This document shows positions 60,412-64,000 of a stretch of 64,000 nucleotides of DNA, piece by piece (the first letter of the stretch is position 1; each line of letters opens with the position of its first letter). The position numbers and the translations under genes are program-made. The notes below the pieces were generated by a model that saw nothing but the letters and a program-made list of their open reading frames with translations, made no database searches and was not told the origin of the DNA. The stretch is from an uncultured Thermoplasmata archaeon (GTDB lineage: Archaea > Thermoplasmatota > Thermoplasmata > UBA10834): contig CAWBDD010000018.1 in NCBI GenBank assembly GCA_963787465.1, forward strand, positions 29,612 to 93,611. Reading direction: 5' to 3'.

Positions 60412-62601
60412 GGTAGAATCCATTGTTGGACCATTGTCGGACAAAGCATCGGTTTATGTCTATATAAAAATGACGCATTTTGGGTCTAAAATACGCTGCA
60501 GCCCCCTCTACCCCCTCCCCACCCCAAGTTACGACAACTTATACCCGTTTGTTGCCGTCTCGTCCGTGGCTCATGTCCAGAAGCCCCAACTCATGAGGAA
60601 TTCGTGCTACTCCGTATCACGGTTCTGGAAAAAGGGGCTAAAACCCCCCTAGGAGACACCGAAAAAAGGGGATCAAGCCCGGAGATTACCCTTTGCCCCC
60701 TACGGGGGCAGGCACGGCCCTGAATACATCATATCGATTGATTTTCATAGTATGTACCGCAAGGACCGCAGTTTGTATACCTCATACCTAAACGGCCGTC
60801 CGACGACGGCGGACGGCGTGCTATGTCACTGCACGACACGGACGACTTACTCAGCGTGAGCCACGCTAACACGTCGCTATATCTCGCGGTGAGGACGCAT
60901 ACGATTGGTGATGAGAGGCTAGACCCCAATTTGTTGACGGCCGGGCCCAAACTTAGGACCCCGGTGGGTAACCCCCAGACAGCCAGCACCCTGCCAGAGC
61001 GCATATTCCCTCGAGAATGCGAACCCATAGAGCCACCGTGCCTAACATCACAGCGCATGCACTGAGGCGACAATATGGTACACATAGCATTTGTAAATGT
61101 AGTTGTGCATCTCCAAATTCTTGTATATGTACTGCATATAATGCACCTTGTCGGGGTCTGCCTATCAAATACAAGAATCTCGAATAACGGAGCGAAGGCT
61201 CTAATACGAAATCACGCTCGAACAGGCGAGGGAATTACGCCGAGCAAAAGATCATCGCACTCTCCACTTCTTCAGAGGACCATCTGGGTGTCATCTGAGT
61301 TTCTCTCGTGGACATTCTCCAGGAACAGTACAATTAAATCTGGGAGGTCCGCGTGGCCAGCACCCGAAGAGACTGCGCAAGCCGAGGCACAGGATTCGGA
61401 GGACGGATTTGTCGAGGCACAGCGCATTTCGACCCCTCTAATAACACGGGCGCCTTGGCAGGGGAAGCGACAGAAGAGTGCGGCGGTCGTTCCGCGCTTC
61501 ATGATGGCCGGAAGTGAGTCCATGGTCAGACTCGGCAGCCTGGACCATGGACTCACTTCCGGCATCATGAAGCGCGGAACGACCGCCGCACTCTTCTGTC
61601 GCTTCCCCTCAAGGCGCCCGTGCTATTTAGAGGGGTCGAAATGCGCTGTGCCTCGACAAATCCGTCCTCCGAATCCTGTGCCCTCACTGCGCATCTCTTC
61701 GGGTGCTGGCCACGCGGACCTCCCAGATTTAATTGTACTGTTCCCTGGAGAATGTCCACGAGAGAGAAACCAGATGACACCCAGATGGTCCATCTGGAGG
61801 ATCGAGGAGTGTATGCGATGGTCGGTTTTCCTCGCGTAATTCCCTCGCCTGTTCGAGCGTGATTTCGTATTAGAGCCTTCGCTCCGTTACTCGAGATTCT
61901 TGTATTGATAGGCGGCCCGACAAGGTGCATTATATGCAGTACATATACAAGAATTTGGAGATGCGCAACTACATTTACAAATGCTATGTGTACCATATTG
62001 TCGCCTCGGTGCATACGCTGTGATGTTAGGCACGGTGGCTCTCTGCGGAATGGGTTCGCATTCTCGAGGGAATATGCGCTCTGGCAGGGTGCTGGCTGGA
62101 TGTCTGGCTGCCCACGGGTGTGACCGTTGGGCCGGCGGATCAATTGGGGTCTAGCCTCTCATCACCAATCGTATGCGTCCTGAATCTCGCGGAGTGTCGC
62201 GACGTGTTAGCGTGGCTCACGCTGAGTAAGTCGTCCGTGTCGTGCGGTGACATAGCACGCCGTCCGCCGTCGTCGGACGGCATTTTAGGTATGAGGTATA
62301 CAAACTGCGGTGCTTGCGGTACATACTATGAAAATCAATCGATATGATGTATTCAGGGCCCTGCCTTGCCCCCGTAGGGGGCAAAGGGTGATCCGAGGGC
62401 TTAGAATCCCCTTTTTTCGGTGTCTCCTAGGGGGGTTTTAGCCCCTTTTTTCAGAACCGTGATACGGAGTAGCACGAATTCCTCATGAGTTGGGGTCTGG
62501 ACATAGCGCCCCACGGACGAGACGGCAACAAATAGGGTATAAGTTGTCGTTTTCACTAGGGGTGGGGAGGGGGTAGAGGGGGCTCAGGGCGTTTTAGACC
62601 C

Positions 62602-62622
62602 AAAATGCGTCATTTTTATATA
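62602..62622 (+). promoter_or_regulatory. Recombinase promoter: TATA box overlapped by an AAAATG-cgt-CATTTT inverted repeat
   Basis: CAAAATGCGTCATTTTTATATA, present in both arms. Confidence 0.5.
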
Positions 62623-62680
62623 GACATAAACCGATGCTTTGTCGGACAATCGTCCAACAGGTAAGGGATGGGAACCTACC

Positions 62681-63334
62681 ATGAGAAAGTATCTCAAGGA
62701 GGACGAGCTAAAGGCGTTGCTCGAAGCTCCTAGACGGATGCGCGATCGTCTGATCATCAAACTCATGTACGAAACGGGGATGAGGGTCGGCGAGCTAGCG
62801 TCCTTGACAATCGGTGACGTGGACCTCGAGTCGAGCGAGGTAACGATTCAGAGGGCGAAGAGGCATGAGGAGGGCCGCAAGGTCCCGATCATCAACAGTT
62901 GGACCAAGACGATGCTCCACGACTATATCGGCACGAGGAAGAACCGGAAGGATCCGCTCTTCGTCTCGAACAAGCGTGGCCCGCTGTCCAGGCGGCAGGT
63001 GGAGCGGCTGGTCTCCAACTACGCCGAGAAGGTCGGCATCGAGCCAGATAAGCGCCACCCGCACGTCCTAAGACACACTCACGCCGTCCAGGCACTCAAG
63101 TCTGGCATAGACCTCAGGACTCTGCAGCAGAACCTGGGGCACTCCAGCATCGAGGTCACGGCCATATACCTCACGATGGACATCGACGACCGCAAGGAGC
63201 AGTACTCCAAGCATCCTCTCCCGGGCATGGCGGATTCTGATGAATCAGGGGAGGCTGGGACGGCTCGGGACGAGGAGGGGGTTTCCGTCCACTCGAACCA
63301 CTCGAGCTCCTTCGTGCTCTCAAGTGATGTATAG
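62681..63334 (+). CDS. Tyrosine recombinase, catalytic domain only (217 aa)
   Basis: TGMRVGEL (R), AKR (K), HPHVLRH (HxxR), LGHSS (H), TAIY (Y); starts at RKYL with no N-terminal core-binding domain. Confidence 0.93.
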   Translation: MRKYLKEDELKALLEAPRRMRDRLIIKLMYETGMRVGELASLTIGDVDLESSEVTIQRAKRHEEGRKVPIINSWTKTMLHDYIGTRKNRKDPLFVSNKRGPLSRRQVERLVSNYAEKVGIEPDKRHPHVLRHTHAVQALKSGIDLRTLQQNLGHSSIEVTAIYLTMDIDDRKEQYSKHPLPGMADSDESGEAGTARDEEGVSVHSNHSSSFVLSSDV

Positions 63335-63485
63335 CATCGTGCTAAACTATTTCCATATAAACATTTTACACATATATTTGTAAATGTCAGTGCTGAACAG
63401 GGGCTGCCGCACCCCTGCCGATGAACATTTTCGCAGACCCCGCGGGATTAATTCATATTCCTTGATGCCCTATCGCGCGGTCGAG

Positions 63486-64000
63486 ATGCCGGAAGAGTGG
63501 ACCGAGAAGTACAGACCCAAGACTCTTGCCGAGGTCATGGGCAACGCTGAAGCCGTTCGCAGCATGAAGCGGTGGGCTGATGCATGGTCCAGAGGCATCC
63601 CTCAGAAGAAGGCGCTCGTGTTGATGGGGGAGCCCGGAATAGGCAAGACCAGCTCGGCGTTGGCGCTGGCCAACGACTATGGCTGGGACATGGTCGAGAT
63701 GAACGCGTCCGACCACAGGAACGCCGAGTCGATCAAACGCGTCGCAGGCCAGGGTGCGGTATCCCAGACGTTGACCCTCGACGGGGAGTTCAAGTCAACG
63801 GCCCAGGGCAGGATGAAGCTAATAGTCCTGGACGAGGCGGACAACCTGTTCGGCCGCGAGGACTACGGCGGCGCGAAAGCGATAGTGGACGTCATCAAGT
63901 CATCGAGCCAGCCCATCATTCTCATCGTCAACGACTACTACGAGCTGACCAGGAAGGCGTCCGCGCTGAAGTCGCTCTCGGAATCCGTGGTGTTCAGGCG
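63486..64000 (+). CDS. rfcL: Replication factor C large subunit, clean 5' part (runs off the window)
   Basis: Read by eye: [14 protein letters not shown]...GEPGIGKTS...EMNASD...LDEADNL. Confidence 0.93.
   Translation, partial: MPEEWTEKYRPKTLAEVMGNAEAVRSMKRWADAWSRGIPQKKALVLMGEPGIGKTSSALALANDYGWDMVEMNASDHRNAESIKRVAGQGAVSQTLTLDGEFKSTAQGRMKLIVLDEADNLFGREDYGGAKAIVDVIKSSSQPIILIVNDYYELTRKASALKSLSESVVFR

Larger units (their letters stand above)
59221..64000. repeat. Giant fold-back inverted repeat (arms ~2.3-2.5 kb, axis ~61534, essentially no spacer)
   Basis: 59221-61533 is the reverse complement of ~61535-63937 with many small indels; both arms carry the recombinase and the rfcL 5' end. Confidence 0.97.

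Noticed and set aside
60620..60672. ORB-like origin boxes (GTTCTGGAAAAAGGGG, CCGAAAAAAGGGG)
   Set aside because: They lack the TCCA-N-TGGA core and no cdc6/orc1 gene is in the window; too weak to call an origin.
60729..62347. ORFs inside the palindrome centre (e.g. 61075..61839, 61565..62143)
   Set aside because: No recognisable motifs, atypical composition, and frames differ between the two arms.
62681..63334. Calling the recombinase xerA or a canonical protelomerase
   Set aside because: Too short: it lacks the XerA N-terminal domain and has an Int/Xer-type HxxR motif rather than protelomerase architecture.

Overview
High-GC archaeal chromosome segment, most consistent with a Thermoplasmatota (Methanomassiliicoccales-related) lineage. 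It is dense in housekeeping genes: rps27ae-rps24e-spt4-rpoE, a K+-independent H+-PPase, srp54, SRP RNA, purB, a peptide ABC cluster, the rps19e-rpl39e-rpl31e-eIF6 cluster, leuS, cdrS-ftsZ, porCDAB, a type IV pilus/Tad-like locus, psmB-aCPSF1, taw1 and rfcL. Scattered single-base frameshifts in essential genes point to an imperfectly polished long-read assembly. Two things stand out. (1) The last ~4.8 kb is a giant fold-back palindrome with essentially no spacer (axis ~61534). It turns inside ~1.1 kb of non-coding DNA next to a compact, catalytic-domain-only tyrosine recombinase. This is the read-through signature expected of a covalently closed hairpin telomere, making it a candidate linear archaeal chromosome end, although a fold-back chimera cannot be excluded. 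(2) A ~74-nt hairpin sRNA upstream of srp54 has a loop exactly complementary (14 nt plus a 7-nt extension) to the ribosome-binding region of the cdrS-ftsZ operon, and 11 nt complementary to that of the recombinase. Further items are a truncated FtsZ, a candidate S19e operon leader RNA, a UGAC tetraloop in the SRP RNA and an integrase-less mini-island in tRNA-Leu.
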